This document shows positions 33,086 to 42,564 of a stretch of DNA of 42,564 nt, piece by piece (within the stretch, counting starts at the first letter, position 1; each line of letters opens with the position of its first letter). This DNA is from a virus (taxonomy: Duplodnaviria; Caudoviricetes). The notes below the pieces were generated by a model. It had not been told where the DNA came from and searched no databases. It worked only from the letters and a program-made list of their open reading frames with translations. The position numbers were made by a program, and so were the translations under genes. The stretch lies in IMG/VR virus record IMGVR_UViG_3300046382_000009, positions 1 to 42,564 of that record. One strand, 5' to 3'.

Positions 33086-35210
33086 ACGCGCGCCTCGCTT
33101 GGAACTGGAAGACCCTCTCAACCTCAAAGAGTTGGCGGATAAGCCCAATATCGCCGACATGCTTCCAGACGATTACCTAGCCACACTGGGTTCCGTCTGC
33201 GTGCAGGAGTATCAGGCTGATAAATCAACCCGATCCGATTGGGAAACCAAGACCAAAAAAGCTATGGAGTTAGCTCTCCAGATCGTTTCTGAAAAGACCT
33301 ATCCGTGGACAGGGGCATCGAACGTGAAATTCCCCCTGCTCACGATTGCTGCTCTCCAGTATCACGCCCGAGCCTATCCTGCGCTAATTTCACCCAATGA
33401 CATCGTTCGTTATCAGGTGTTTGGCCCTGATCCTGACGGGGCTCGGAATAAACAAGGCGCCAAGATCGCCGCCCACATGACCTACCAACTGACCGAAGAA
33501 GATTCGGCTTGGGAGGAAAACATGGACAAGGCCTTGATTGTTCAATGCATCGTCGGGTGTGCCTTCAAGAAAACCTACTACGACTCCCTGAGAGGTCATA
33601 ACGTCAGCGACATCGTCATGCCAGATGACTTGGTTGTGAGTTATTACACCAAATCACTTTCGGATGATACGCGAATCTCACATCTTATCCGTCTGTCGAG
33701 CAATCAGGTGTACGAGCGCAGAGTGAAGGGCCTTTTCCTCGATATAGACCTCGCTCCCGTCCCTTTGACCAGTGAAAACTCTCAGCTTCAACAGGCCAAA
33801 GACAAGAATCAGGGAATGCAGCCGCCTGCGAATACAGGAAGCGACACTGATCTTCCTCTGGAATTTATCGAACAGCACCGTTGCCTTGATCTTGACGGGG
33901 ATGGATACCGCGAGCCGTATGTTGTCACGGTTCATCTTGGAACCCAGAAAGTGGTTCGCGTGGTGGCTCGCTTCATCGACGCTGACATCGTCTGGATGGA
34001 CGAAGTGATGAAGGACAAGGTTCTTCGCATCAAGGCTGAAAATTACTTCGTGAAGTTCCCATTCATCCCCTCTCCGGATGGTGGTTTCTACGACATCGGT
34101 TTAGGTTCCCTGCTCTACCCGATCAATGAGTCCATCAACACCCTCGTCAACCAGTTGATTGACGCTGGAACCCTCTCGAACACCGGAGGAGGTTTCTTGG
34201 GCAAAGGAATCCGCTCGAAGTCTGGCGAGATGTATTTCCGACCGGGTGAGTGGAAGCGTATCGAGTCAACAGGTGATGATCTGTCCAAGAATATCGTTCC
34301 GCTGCCGATCCGTGAGCCCTCTGCCGTGCTGTTCAAACTCCTTGATCTGTTGATTGGCTACGGAGAGAGAATTGGAGGCGCCACAGACCTCAATGTAGGC
34401 GTGACTCCGGGGCAGAACACCCCCGCTGAAACCTCACGTAACGCAATGGAGTCAGGCCTTAAAGTGCTGAACGGCATCATCAAGAGAAACTATCGTTCTC
34501 TCAAGGATGAATTCCAGAAACTATATACCTTGAACAAGTATTTTCTTCCGGACGAGCCCACTGGGCCATTCCAGATGACCAACAAGGATTACTCGGCCGA
34601 TCCTTCTGGAATTCGCCCTGCTGCTGACCCGAATGTCATGTCTGATTCTCAGAGACTTGCGCGCGCTCAGACGGTTTTGACGATGGCAACGGCGTCACCG
34701 GGATTCAATATTTACGAGGCCAACCGCAGAGCCTTGGAAGCCCTGAAAGAACCGAACATTGATGCCCTTCTTCCCGATCCGAAGGGCCCGAACGCCATCC
34801 AGCCTCGCCCCGATCCCAAGTTGATGAAAGAGCAGACCGCTCAACAGAAGGTTGCGCTCCAAGCCCAACAGGGTCAGCAGAAAATGCAGGACAACAAGGT
34901 CAAGTTGGCGATGCAGGTTCTCGAAACACTGGAAGGAATCAAGGAAACCGAGTCCAAGATTGCGCTCAATATTGCGCAGGCTGGCGGAATCAAGAGCGGA
35001 CACGACATCGCGCTCTTGGAAATGGAGTTGTCCATCCGTAACAGACGTATGGATGACCTCAAAGACATGATGTCGTTAATGAACCAGTTAGGACAACAGC
35101 AACATGACAGAGCTATCGACATCGGCAACCTCGCTATCGACGCCAGCGGATTGGGCGCAGTGGAAGGCAATGCCGCAGACAAAGGAGCTGATTCAACTCC
35201 TGCAAAGTGA
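33066..35210 (+). CDS. Portal protein
   Basis: 714 aa following TerL; 'PWTGASNV', 'GCAFKKTYYD', 'NQLIDAGTLSN..GGF'; Gln-rich barrel. Confidence 0.9.
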   Translation: MKPVDTERAPRLELEDPLNLKELADKPNIADMLPDDYLATLGSVCVQEYQADKSTRSDWETKTKKAMELALQIVSEKTYPWTGASNVKFPLLTIAALQYHARAYPALISPNDIVRYQVFGPDPDGARNKQGAKIAAHMTYQLTEEDSAWEENMDKALIVQCIVGCAFKKTYYDSLRGHNVSDIVMPDDLVVSYYTKSLSDDTRISHLIRLSSNQVYERRVKGLFLDIDLAPVPLTSENSQLQQAKDKNQGMQPPANTGSDTDLPLEFIEQHRCLDLDGDGYREPYVVTVHLGTQKVVRVVARFIDADIVWMDEVMKDKVLRIKAENYFVKFPFIPSPDGGFYDIGLGSLLYPINESINTLVNQLIDAGTLSNTGGGFLGKGIRSKSGEMYFRPGEWKRIESTGDDLSKNIVPLPIREPSAVLFKLLDLLIGYGERIGGATDLNVGVTPGQNTPAETSRNAMESGLKVLNGIIKRNYRSLKDEFQKLYTLNKYFLPDEPTGPFQMTNKDYSADPSGIRPAADPNVMSDSQRLARAQTVLTMATASPGFNIYEANRRALEALKEPNIDALLPDPKGPNAIQPRPDPKLMKEQTAQQKVALQAQQGQQKMQDNKVKLAMQVLETLEGIKETESKIALNIAQAGGIKSGHDIALLEMELSIRNRRMDDLKDMMSLMNQLGQQQHDRAIDIGNLAIDASGLGAVEGNAADKGADSTPAK

Positions 35211-35343
35211 GTTGGACGAGGTCAAAAGCGAGTGGGCCAATGACAAGCTCATGGACAACCACAGCAACTCAAAGGCCATAGGGTCAGCCCTGACGTTGCG
35301 CAACACCATTGACCACATCGAATCACTAGGAGAGCAGGAATAA
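35104..35343 (+). CDS. Small post-portal protein
   Basis: 'WAQWKAMPQTK' pattern; overlaps the portal 3' end; coupled to GroES. Confidence 0.55.
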   Translation: MTELSTSATSLSTPADWAQWKAMPQTKELIQLLQSELDEVKSEWANDKLMDNHSNSKAIGSALTLRNTIDHIESLGEQE

Positions 35344-35705
35344 TGGATCAGAAAACAGGTTTGTCAGCATTGGGTCGCACGGTTCTGGTGGAGTTGCAGG
35401 AGGTTGAGGAAACCACCAAGTCAGGCATCGTTGTTTTCTCGGAATCTGAAAAGACCCGCGAGAGCATGGCGCAGGTAGAGGCGGTGATTCTTGATTTCGG
35501 TACGTCCTGCTGGGATGACCAGTCCGGCGCGTATTCAAACGTGAAGGTGGGTGATCGCGTGATTATCGCCAAGTACGCCGGGATGTTGATCGACAAGCGC
35601 ACAACCAAAGACGGTCGAAGCTGCTACCGATTGATCAACGACCTTGAAGTTAAATGCCTGATTGGCTGGAAGAATCAGGACGAACAGACGCAGAAAGCGG
35701 CCTAA
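35343..35705 (+). CDS. groES: GroES-like co-chaperonin
   Basis: 'LGRTVLV...EETTKSGIV', 'VKVGDRVIIAKYAG', 'YRLIND'. Confidence 0.9.
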   Translation: MDQKTGLSALGRTVLVELQEVEETTKSGIVVFSESEKTRESMAQVEAVILDFGTSCWDDQSGAYSNVKVGDRVIIAKYAGMLIDKRTTKDGRSCYRLINDLEVKCLIGWKNQDEQTQKAA

Positions 35706-35717
35706 CAGGAGAAAGAC

Positions 35718-36593
35718 ATGAGTGGAACCGAAGAAACCAATCTGGAAGTTGAGCTTGATACAGAGCTTGAACCCGGCGCCGAAGGCGAGCAGAAACAGAC
35801 AACTGGTGAAGATGAACATCAGGAAAACGAAGTAGAGGCCAAGGCCCGAAAGTTTGGCTGGCGTCCCAAGGAAGAATATCGTGGCAACCCAGATGAATGG
35901 CGCTCCGCTGAGGAATTCATCGACTATGGCGAGAAGACGAATCCCATTCTTCGGCAGAACATGAACCGCGTGGAGAAGGAGAACGCTCGCCTCCAGAAAG
36001 AATTGGAAGAAGTACGCAAGTCAGCCAAGGAGTTTGCAGAATTCCAAGGCGGTATCGAGCAGAGGGCTTATGAGAGAGCAGTTGCCGAACTTAAGGCTCG
36101 CCGCAAGCAGGCCATCGTGGATGCGGATGGCGATGCGCTGGAGCGTGCCGAGAATGATCTTGAGCAGTTGGCCCAACACAAGCCAAAACCTCGTGTCGAG
36201 CAGGAACAGCCGAAAATTGATCCGGTTGTAGCCCAGTGGAATCAGTCTCACCAGTGGTACGGTCAGGACGATGTCATGACGGCCGCCGCCAACGTGATTG
36301 CAACCAAGATGGCGAAGGAAAATCCAGAATCCGTTAAGGATAAGGATGCATTTTTGTCGGAAATGGTGAAGCGCGTGAAGAAAGAATTTCCTCACAAGTT
36401 CACCCCAACGCAGGTTCGTCGTGGCAACGCCGTCGAAGGTGCCAGCGCAGGCGGAAATAGTGGCGGTTCAGGCAACGGCAAGCGTACTTACGCAAACCTT
36501 CCTGCGGACGCTCAGAAACAGTGTGACACCTTCATCAAGCAGGGCTACATCAAGTCCCGCGAAGAATACGCCAAGCATTACCAGTGGGAATAA
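35718..36593 (+). CDS. Scaffolding protein (putative)
   Basis: Acidic N-terminus, 'ARKFGWRPKEE', coiled coil, helical C-terminal hook. Confidence 0.75.
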   Translation: MSGTEETNLEVELDTELEPGAEGEQKQTTGEDEHQENEVEAKARKFGWRPKEEYRGNPDEWRSAEEFIDYGEKTNPILRQNMNRVEKENARLQKELEEVRKSAKEFAEFQGGIEQRAYERAVAELKARRKQAIVDADGDALERAENDLEQLAQHKPKPRVEQEQPKIDPVVAQWNQSHQWYGQDDVMTAAANVIATKMAKENPESVKDKDAFLSEMVKRVKKEFPHKFTPTQVRRGNAVEGASAGGNSGGSGNGKRTYANLPADAQKQCDTFIKQGYIKSREEYAKHYQWE

Positions 36594-36605
36594 TGGAGCA
36601 ATAAC

Positions 36606-37178
36606 ATGAACGAAAATACCGAACAGACGAGCCGCAAAACCCTTTCTCCGGAACACATGGCGAAGCTACAGGATGCCCGCGAAAAGGCCGCATCCAGACG
36701 CCGAGACGAGAAACAGATGTCCCGTCAGCGCGCGGAAGCACCCGCTCGTCGGATTGATCCCGAGCAGATTCCGCGCGATGTGAAAGACCGCCCGGCCCGC
36801 GCCGAGCGTAGAGCATTTGGTGGTATGCAACTCAAACTTGCTGCGGCAGAACGTCCCGGCTATCACCGCTGCTGGATGAACGATGAAGGCAACACGTTGC
36901 AAGAAGCCGAAGCGGCGTGGTACAACTATGTCACCGAACACGAAAGTTCGACCGGAGAAGGGTCAAAAGTTCGGAAGCTAGTAGGTACGAAGGAAGGCGG
37001 TGCCCCGCTGTATGCCTATCTCATGGAAATCGAGCAAGATTTATGGGAGCAGGATCAGGCCATTATTGAAAAGCGTGCCCATGAGGTGAATGCATCCATC
37101 GGCAAGGTTTCTCAAGACGGCCTCCGTGCGGCAGACAGGGGTAATTTCTACGGCGATGTGAAAATCACTCGTCGTTAA
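36606..37178 (+). CDS. Conserved head-module protein
   Basis: 'RPGYHRCWMND...AYLMEI'; lies between scaffold and capsid genes. Confidence 0.6.
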   Translation: MNENTEQTSRKTLSPEHMAKLQDAREKAASRRRDEKQMSRQRAEAPARRIDPEQIPRDVKDRPARAERRAFGGMQLKLAAAERPGYHRCWMNDEGNTLQEAEAAWYNYVTEHESSTGEGSKVRKLVGTKEGGAPLYAYLMEIEQDLWEQDQAIIEKRAHEVNASIGKVSQDGLRAADRGNFYGDVKITRR

Positions 37179-37204
37179 ACCTTTTTCTACTTACTGGAGT
37201 TTTT

Positions 37205-37798
37205 ATGGCAAACCTCAATGCACCGCGTGGGCTTAGTCCCATCCGTCAGGGCAATGGCGTTGCTTGGAACGAACAGATCACCACTTATTGGATTCCGGCA
37301 GCGGACACCAATCAGTACAACATCGGTGACATCGTCAAGCCAATCGCCGGTTCCGACGCTATCGGTATTCCTCGCTGCACCAAATCTGCGTCAAGCGATG
37401 CCACCCCGGCTCGCGGCGTTATCGTTGGTATTGCTGCGAATCCCGGCGTCACCCTGAACGTCATCAACGCACCGGCCACCAAGTCTCAGGATTACTACCT
37501 GTACGTTGTGGACGATCCGACTGTTGTGTTTGAAATCACGGACGATGGCATCACGACCGCTAATCTGGTCGCTACCGCTGTTGGCAAAAACGCCGGTTAC
37601 ACGGTCGCCAACCCAACGGCTCCGTCACCTGTTTCGGCAACAGTGCTGTTGTCCAGCAGCATCGCAACCACCAATACCCTGCCGCTCAAGATCGTTGGTC
37701 TTAAGCTGACGCCGGGTAATTCCGCAGGCCCTTACGCAGCATGGCTTGTCCGATTCAACATCCACGACTTTGGCAACAACGCCACGGCCGGTCTGTAA
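37205..37798 (+). CDS. Capsid decoration/cement protein (putative)
   Basis: 'MANLNAPRGLSP...VVDDPTVVFEI'; directly upstream of the MCP. Confidence 0.65.
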   Translation: MANLNAPRGLSPIRQGNGVAWNEQITTYWIPAADTNQYNIGDIVKPIAGSDAIGIPRCTKSASSDATPARGVIVGIAANPGVTLNVINAPATKSQDYYLYVVDDPTVVFEITDDGITTANLVATAVGKNAGYTVANPTAPSPVSATVLLSSSIATTNTLPLKIVGLKLTPGNSAGPYAAWLVRFNIHDFGNNATAGL

Positions 37799-37810
37799 TA
37801 GGAGATAACC

Positions 37811-38725
37811 ATGGCTGGTATTATCACTACAGGCAGTCACCCCAAGCTCTTGTGGCCGGGTGTGAAAGCCATCTGGGGTCAGGTTTACGACGAGCATCAG
37901 GAAGAATTCCCTGCTCTGTTTGAAACCGACCGCTCGGAAAAGAACTACGAAGAAGACGTACAGGTCACTGGCTTTGGTCTGGCTCCGGTCAAGCCACAGG
38001 GTCAGGGCACGGCGTATGACTCGGAGCTTCAAGGCCCGATCCAGCGTTACACCCACGTAGCGTATGGCCTCGGCTATATCGTTACCTACGAAGAACTGCG
38101 CGACAACCTGTATATGGAAGTCTCGCGCCGCCGCGCCCGCGCTCTGGCAATGTCGTTCCGCCAGACCAAGGAAAACGTGGCTGCAAACGTGTACAACCTC
38201 GCGTTCTCCGGAACTCAGGTTCTTGCTGACGGCGTAAGCCTCATCAATACGGCGCACCCGAACACCTCGGGCGGCACGTACAGCAACCAGTTGGCAACCG
38301 CCGCGAATCTGTCGGAAGCTGCCTTGGAAGATATGTTGATCCAGATTGCGGGCGCTACCAGCGACCGTGGCCTGCTCATCAATCTCCAGTCGCAGAGCTT
38401 GCACATCCCGCGTCAGTTGTTCTTCACCGCAAATCGCATCGTCAAGAGCGTGTTCCAGACCGGCACCGCCAACAACGATGTGAACGTGGTCAGCGCGATC
38501 AATGCCTTCCCGAAGGGCATCCACATGAATCACTACTTCTCGTCCTCAACGGCATGGTTCATTCGAACCAACTGCCCGAACGGCATGAAGCACTACATTC
38601 GTGAGGAAGTCGACTTCGATCAGGACAACGATTTCGACACCAAGAACGCCAAGGCAAAGGGCTACGAGCGTTATTCGTTCGGCGCTACCGACCCTCGCGG
38701 CGTGTTTGGCTCACAGGGCTCGTAA
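37811..38725 (+). CDS. Major capsid protein
   Basis: 'LLWPGV', 'GFGLAPVK', 'DGVSLINTAHP', 'AWF', 'DFDTKNAKAKGYERYSFG.TDPRG'. Confidence 0.9.
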   Translation: MAGIITTGSHPKLLWPGVKAIWGQVYDEHQEEFPALFETDRSEKNYEEDVQVTGFGLAPVKPQGQGTAYDSELQGPIQRYTHVAYGLGYIVTYEELRDNLYMEVSRRRARALAMSFRQTKENVAANVYNLAFSGTQVLADGVSLINTAHPNTSGGTYSNQLATAANLSEAALEDMLIQIAGATSDRGLLINLQSQSLHIPRQLFFTANRIVKSVFQTGTANNDVNVVSAINAFPKGIHMNHYFSSSTAWFIRTNCPNGMKHYIREEVDFDQDNDFDTKNAKAKGYERYSFGATDPRGVFGSQGS

Positions 38726-38735
38726 GGAGAATCAC

Positions 38736-38945
38736 ATGGTCAGCAAAGAGCGCAAAGGTCAGACCGGCGTGCATGGTTCGGGTTCGATGGTGGATGGCTG
38801 GAAAGGCCAGAATCCTCCGATGCCCAAGATCACGCAGTTCAAGACCGAGAAAACCGACATCGTCAACGGGTGCAATCATTATCGCGGCGACAACCGCGTG
38901 ATGCTCCCCGGCGAAGGCGGCAAGCAGTCCAAACTGGGTAGCTAA
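38736..38945 (+). CDS. Small hypothetical protein
   Basis: TAAGGAG SD before ATG 38736. Confidence 0.6.
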   Translation: MVSKERKGQTGVHGSGSMVDGWKGQNPPMPKITQFKTEKTDIVNGCNHYRGDNRVMLPGEGGKQSKLGS

Positions 38946-38956
38946 TACCCGCAATC

Positions 38957-39003
38957 TCCGCGTAGCGCGGATAACGCGCCCCCGTAAAACGGGGCGCTAC
39001 TTT
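38957..39003 (+). terminator. Tandem hairpins / weak terminator after the capsid genes
   Basis: TCCGCG/CGCGGA and GCGCCCC(C)G/CGGGGCGC stems followed by a short TACTTT. Confidence 0.4.
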
Positions 39004-39013
39004 GGAGATTCAC

Positions 39014-39784
39014 ATGGCATCACCAAGACCTACTCGTTTTTATCCGGGCGTAACCAACAATCCGCCCACCCATCCCCTCGCAGGGATTTTCATTCCTGAT
39101 CCCAATAAGATGTCTGTGTTCTCCACGGATTTCTTCCAGTATGTGGCGGCCGATTGGACTTTGTCCGGCGCTGGCACTCCGACCTCCGCTTTAACCGCAG
39201 GCGGCAATGGTCTGTTGCTGCTGTCGACTACGGCTGTTGCATCAGATGCAGCTTTTATCCAGAAGACTCCCGGCAATCATGTTCTGGAAGCGAACAAGAG
39301 TTCGTGGATTCATGGCGAATTCTCCCTTGCCGATGTCACAACGCCATCCTTCACTTTTGGCCTGATTAATGCCGGAGCTACGGTTACGGCTCCAACAGAC
39401 GGCTTCTACTTCAACAATGCTGCTGGCGGCACGGTGTTCACGATGAACTATGCCGTGGGTAGCGCTGTTACAACGGTTGCTTTCCCGACGAACCTGCCTG
39501 CAACGTGGCCGTTCCCGAACCAGTTTGGCGCCCCGGCGTCGACCGTTTTCTCTCCAATCGTCAATGGCGGAAAGTTCTTCCTGAGCGCGCGCTATGACGG
39601 CGTGAGCAAGGTGGAGTTCTACTTCAACTTCATGCCAGTTGGGTCGATTGCAGTTGGAACGAATGGCGCTGCTTTGACAGCGGTAACGTTGGCTCCTGCT
39701 GTTGGCATCGTGAACGGCGGCGCGGCGATTAAAACCGCGACTGTTGATTTCCTGATGACCGCCAAAGAACGCACCCCGTACTAA
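39014..39784 (+). CDS. Virion structural protein (beta-sandwich, minor capsid-like)
   Basis: 'PTRF.PGVTN', 'DFFQYVAADWT', ends 'VDFLMTAKER'. Confidence 0.65.
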   Translation: MASPRPTRFYPGVTNNPPTHPLAGIFIPDPNKMSVFSTDFFQYVAADWTLSGAGTPTSALTAGGNGLLLLSTTAVASDAAFIQKTPGNHVLEANKSSWIHGEFSLADVTTPSFTFGLINAGATVTAPTDGFYFNNAAGGTVFTMNYAVGSAVTTVAFPTNLPATWPFPNQFGAPASTVFSPIVNGGKFFLSARYDGVSKVEFYFNFMPVGSIAVGTNGAALTAVTLAPAVGIVNGGAAIKTATVDFLMTAKERTPY

Positions 39785-39793
39785 GGAGTTGTC

Positions 39794-40207
39794 ATGGCTA
39801 ATTCTTCGGCGGTACAGAAGATCATCGACGGCCCCTTTAACGGGTGCTTCAAGCTGATCGGAACTCTGGACACCAGTGATCAGGCGTACACCATCGTTGT
39901 TGATCCGGCGACTCTGTCGTCCATCACCACTCAGGGCGACACCAAGGCCACGAAACTGCGCGTCATGTACATCGACGCCAACATCGAAGATGGCCTCACG
40001 GTGACGCTCTGGTGGGATGTGGATGGCACTCAGCCCAACGCAACCCGCATTGAGGATTTGAATGGTCGTCTGGTCATGCCTTATCGGCATTTCGGCGGCC
40101 TTCCAAACAATGCCGGTACGCCGAACGGCAAGATTGCGCTGTCAACGCAAGGTTGGTCGACGGGCACATTGTCGTACTCGATCATCCTTGAGACAGTGAA
40201 GTACTAA
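39794..40207 (+). CDS. Virion structural protein
   Basis: 'FGGLPNNAG..NGKIALST...YSIILE.VK' pattern; TAAGGAG SD. Confidence 0.65.
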   Translation: MANSSAVQKIIDGPFNGCFKLIGTLDTSDQAYTIVVDPATLSSITTQGDTKATKLRVMYIDANIEDGLTVTLWWDVDGTQPNATRIEDLNGRLVMPYRHFGGLPNNAGTPNGKIALSTQGWSTGTLSYSIILETVKY

Positions 40208-40219
40208 ACCAAGTCCGGC

Positions 40220-40819
40220 ATGGCACTGGAGGTGCTGAGTTCGGTTTGTTCCAAGTGTCGCGAGAATAAACCGCGCTCAGAGTTTTCCGTGGATAGAAGC
40301 AAAAGCCGTGGAATTACTTACCAATGCAAGTCATGCAGGGGCGTTAAGAACAAGATTTGGAGGGCCGGGAACAAGGCTCATTTAAATCTGTATTACATTC
40401 AAAATAAAAATAAATTCTCTGACAGAGACAAAGTTTACAAGGCGAAAAATCGGGAAAAATTAAACGCGCAGCAAAATGCGCGCAGGGAGAAAAATCCCGA
40501 TTTTTATAGGTTTCGCGTGAATTATTGGAGAGAACGAAATAAAGATTATGATGCCTTCCGTCAGCGGACTCGACGTGCGCTAAAGGAGTTCGCGATTCCA
40601 AAATGGGTCGATATGGAAAAAATATCTCGGTTTTATGCTGAGGCCAAGAGGCTGACGGCTGAAACCGGAATTCAGCACCATGTCGATCACATGGTTCCAC
40701 TCAAGTCGCCCTATGTCTGTGGCCTGCATGTGCATGACAATCTGAGGGTTGTGCCGTGGATTGAGAATCTGAAAAAGCGTAATCTATGGTGGCCGGATAT
40801 GCCGAGGATTGAGCAGTGA
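40220..40819 (+). CDS. HNH homing endonuclease
   Basis: 'CSKC...CKSC' zinc finger; 'HHVDHMVPL...VCGLHVHDNLRVV...N..KRN'; AT-richer than flanks. Confidence 0.88.
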   Translation: MALEVLSSVCSKCRENKPRSEFSVDRSKSRGITYQCKSCRGVKNKIWRAGNKAHLNLYYIQNKNKFSDRDKVYKAKNREKLNAQQNARREKNPDFYRFRVNYWRERNKDYDAFRQRTRRALKEFAIPKWVDMEKISRFYAEAKRLTAETGIQHHVDHMVPLKSPYVCGLHVHDNLRVVPWIENLKKRNLWWPDMPRIEQ

Positions 40820-41133
40820 AAGAAACTCCCAATTATTATGTTGGCGGCCAATGGAATGCGATCTGTGACAGATGTGGGTTCAAATTCAAGGCATCTGTAC
40901 TTCGTCTTGAATGGGACGGAATCTACGTCTGCGATAAGTGCTTCGAGTATCGTCAGCCTCAGGACTTTGTTCGGGCGGTTCCAGATGTTCAGGCGCCGCC
41001 TTGGACAAGGCCAGATCAGGAACCTGTGTTTGTTCCTACGGGTTCCGGCTGCACTGTTTATGGAAGCTCCGGCATTGCTGGCCTCGCCGTTGCAGGCTGC
41101 ATGGTCGCTGGAAGGTTCGTGCAGGTAAACTGA
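40816..41133 (+). CDS. Conserved Zn-finger virion-module protein
   Basis: 'ICDRCGFKF...EWDG.YVC..CFE.RQPQDFVR'. Confidence 0.7.
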   Translation: MKETPNYYVGGQWNAICDRCGFKFKASVLRLEWDGIYVCDKCFEYRQPQDFVRAVPDVQAPPWTRPDQEPVFVPTGSGCTVYGSSGIAGLAVAGCMVAGRFVQVN

Positions 41134-41194
41134 TTAAAGCGGTGATATGATCCGTTTAGATAGGTAGCGCCCTTCTTTTCAACCATGAAGAACC

Positions 41195-41911
41195 ATGACT
41201 ACCTCATTCACCGTAAACCGCGACCAAGTCATTAATTCAGCCCTTCGTTTGCAGGGCTGGCTGGATTACAACGCGACTGCCGACCCGGCTAAAATCACTG
41301 TAATGGCCGAAGCCCTGAATATCATGCTGAAAGCATGGTCTGCACAGGGAATGAAGATTTTTACTGTGCAGGAAATCATCCTGCCCTTGGTTCAGGGTCA
41401 AACCACTTATCGTATTGGCCCCTCCGGCGACCTCGTAACGGATCGACCACTCAAGATCGTCGAGTGCTTTCTTCGGCTGAATCAGGTTGCGCCGAACTTC
41501 AACGACATCCAGCTTCAACCGATGTCGCGCGAGGAATATACGATGTTGGGAAATAAGTCCTCTCAGGGTGTTCCAAACAGCTACTACTACGATGCACAGA
41601 TTCCCAACGGAGTGCTGTACATCTACCTCACGCCAGACCTTATCTCGGAGGGCTACACAGTTCATCTGTGGAGACAGCGTCTTGTCTCGGACATCAATGG
41701 CCCGACAGATAATTTTGACTTCCCGCAGGAGTGGTTCCAAGCCCTTCGCTGGGGTCTTGCCGCAGAGACTTCACTGGAAAACCAGTGCCCTCCAGCGACA
41801 ATTCAGTTTATCGAGGCCAAGGCTGAGAAATACATCAATGAGATGGTGGACTGGGATCAAGAGCCTACCTCTATCTTCTTCATGCCGGATGCGCGCCGAG
41901 GCCAGAGCTAA
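41195..41911 (+). CDS. Head-tail adaptor (P22 gp4 / tail tubular A-like)
   Basis: 'INSALR', 'ALNIMLKAW', 'NKSSQGVP..YYY', 'DFPQEWFQAL.WGLA'. Confidence 0.8.
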   Translation: MTTSFTVNRDQVINSALRLQGWLDYNATADPAKITVMAEALNIMLKAWSAQGMKIFTVQEIILPLVQGQTTYRIGPSGDLVTDRPLKIVECFLRLNQVAPNFNDIQLQPMSREEYTMLGNKSSQGVPNSYYYDAQIPNGVLYIYLTPDLISEGYTVHLWRQRLVSDINGPTDNFDFPQEWFQALRWGLAAETSLENQCPPATIQFIEAKAEKYINEMVDWDQEPTSIFFMPDARRGQS

Positions 41912-42564
41912 TGTCTTCGGTTTCGGACACCGTTGAGCAGCGCATCTCCTTCACTGAATCCTACGATCCTCAGTTTGGATTCATCACAGATGCGATAGTC
42001 GATCCAGAATTGGAAGGTGCGCGCACGCCCGTCATGGCGCGTCCAGCTATCGTGATGCAGAACGATCTTGGAACATTAACGGCCTCAACAGTTCCAGTGG
42101 CCCTCACGTTCTTCCGGGCGCTAACCAACTTTGGCGAGAAAGAATATGCCGTGGTGATGAACGCCAGCGGGCCCGGCGTCGACCGTTACCACATCAGCAT
42201 CTATAACCTGACCGATAATGTTCTCGTCGGAACCTTGGATGTTATTGGTGACACCACAACCATTCCTCTGAGCGGCACATTCACTCCGGCAGCAAACTCG
42301 GTCTGGTCGCTTTCAAGCATCGTTCCAGCGGCGCCGGGCACGGGGTATGTTGTCGGGGACATCGTCTACATCAACGGAATTGAATTCATCAACGGCGTGA
42401 TCGGGGAAGGCGTCACTGTGACATCGGTGAATGGCACTGGCGGCATCACCGGAATCTCCAGCACGATTGTTGGTCTGGTAGACGTTCCTCCAACGAATCC
42501 CCTCACGCAAGATTCCACTTCCGGAGTTGGCGTTGGGGCTACTTTCAATGCTGACTTCATCGAG
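41911..42564 (+). CDS. N-terminal part of gp10-like tail hub protein (continues at the window start)
   Basis: TAATG overlap; frame is open to the end of the window and matches ORF 2..1294. Confidence 0.8.
   Translation, partial: MSSVSDTVEQRISFTESYDPQFGFITDAIVDPELEGARTPVMARPAIVMQNDLGTLTASTVPVALTFFRALTNFGEKEYAVVMNASGPGVDRYHISIYNLTDNVLVGTLDVIGDTTTIPLSGTFTPAANSVWSLSSIVPAAPGTGYVVGDIVYINGIEFINGVIGEGVTVTSVNGTGGITGISSTIVGLVDVPPTNPLTQDSTSGVGVGATFNADFIE
42426..42564. repeat. Terminal direct repeat (copy of 1-139)
   Basis: 138 of 139 positions identical. Confidence 0.95.

Noticed and set aside
37625-38533. 302-aa minus-strand ORF (and 39242-40090)
   Set aside because: Antisense shadows of capsid/virion genes
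38601-38945. Possible frameshift extension of the major capsid protein
   Set aside because: The downstream ORF has its own strong SD and ATG at 38736; no obvious slippery site

Overview
The window looks like a complete, circularly assembled dsDNA podovirus-type phage genome of about 42.4 kb. The last 139 nt repeat the first 139 nt, and a gp10-like tail gene runs across that junction. The host is probably a Gram-negative proteobacterium, given the Rz/Rz1 spanins, sigma70-type promoters and a PagP-like protein. There are two gene blocks diverging from a ~1.2 kb non-coding region (about 28,020-29,200). The minus-strand early block (28,022 to 12,002) holds a CobS/MoxR ATPase, a vWA partner, a second AAA ATPase, NinB, a split lambdoid-type replication module, an SSAP/SSB/Cas4-like exonuclease set and HNH genes. 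The plus-strand late block (29,204, across the junction, to 12,061) holds a tRNA-like gene, Ref, TerS/TerL, portal, GroES, scaffold, capsid, adaptor and hub proteins, a GNAT, P22-like ejection proteins, an intein-containing PurD-like ATP-grasp enzyme, a tailspike and the lysis genes. I recognise no integrase, DNA polymerase, primase or helicase. Six signals stand out. (1) A c4/CI-like structured RNA switch with an ACCA end and a UUGGCG loop, with a G6-UA-G6 tract downstream, lies upstream of a replication initiator that lacks its DNA-binding half. (2) A PurD-like ligase with an intein sits inside the virion module. (3) The tRNA is an Asn/Arg chimera with a possible alternative acceptor stem. 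(4) There is a HI1420-like antitoxin fragment without its HTH. (5) An AACAGACA motif recurs next to ribosome-binding sites and in the control region. (6) A two-hairpin leader is repeated in front of early genes. All protein calls come from motif recognition and synteny only; no searches were run.
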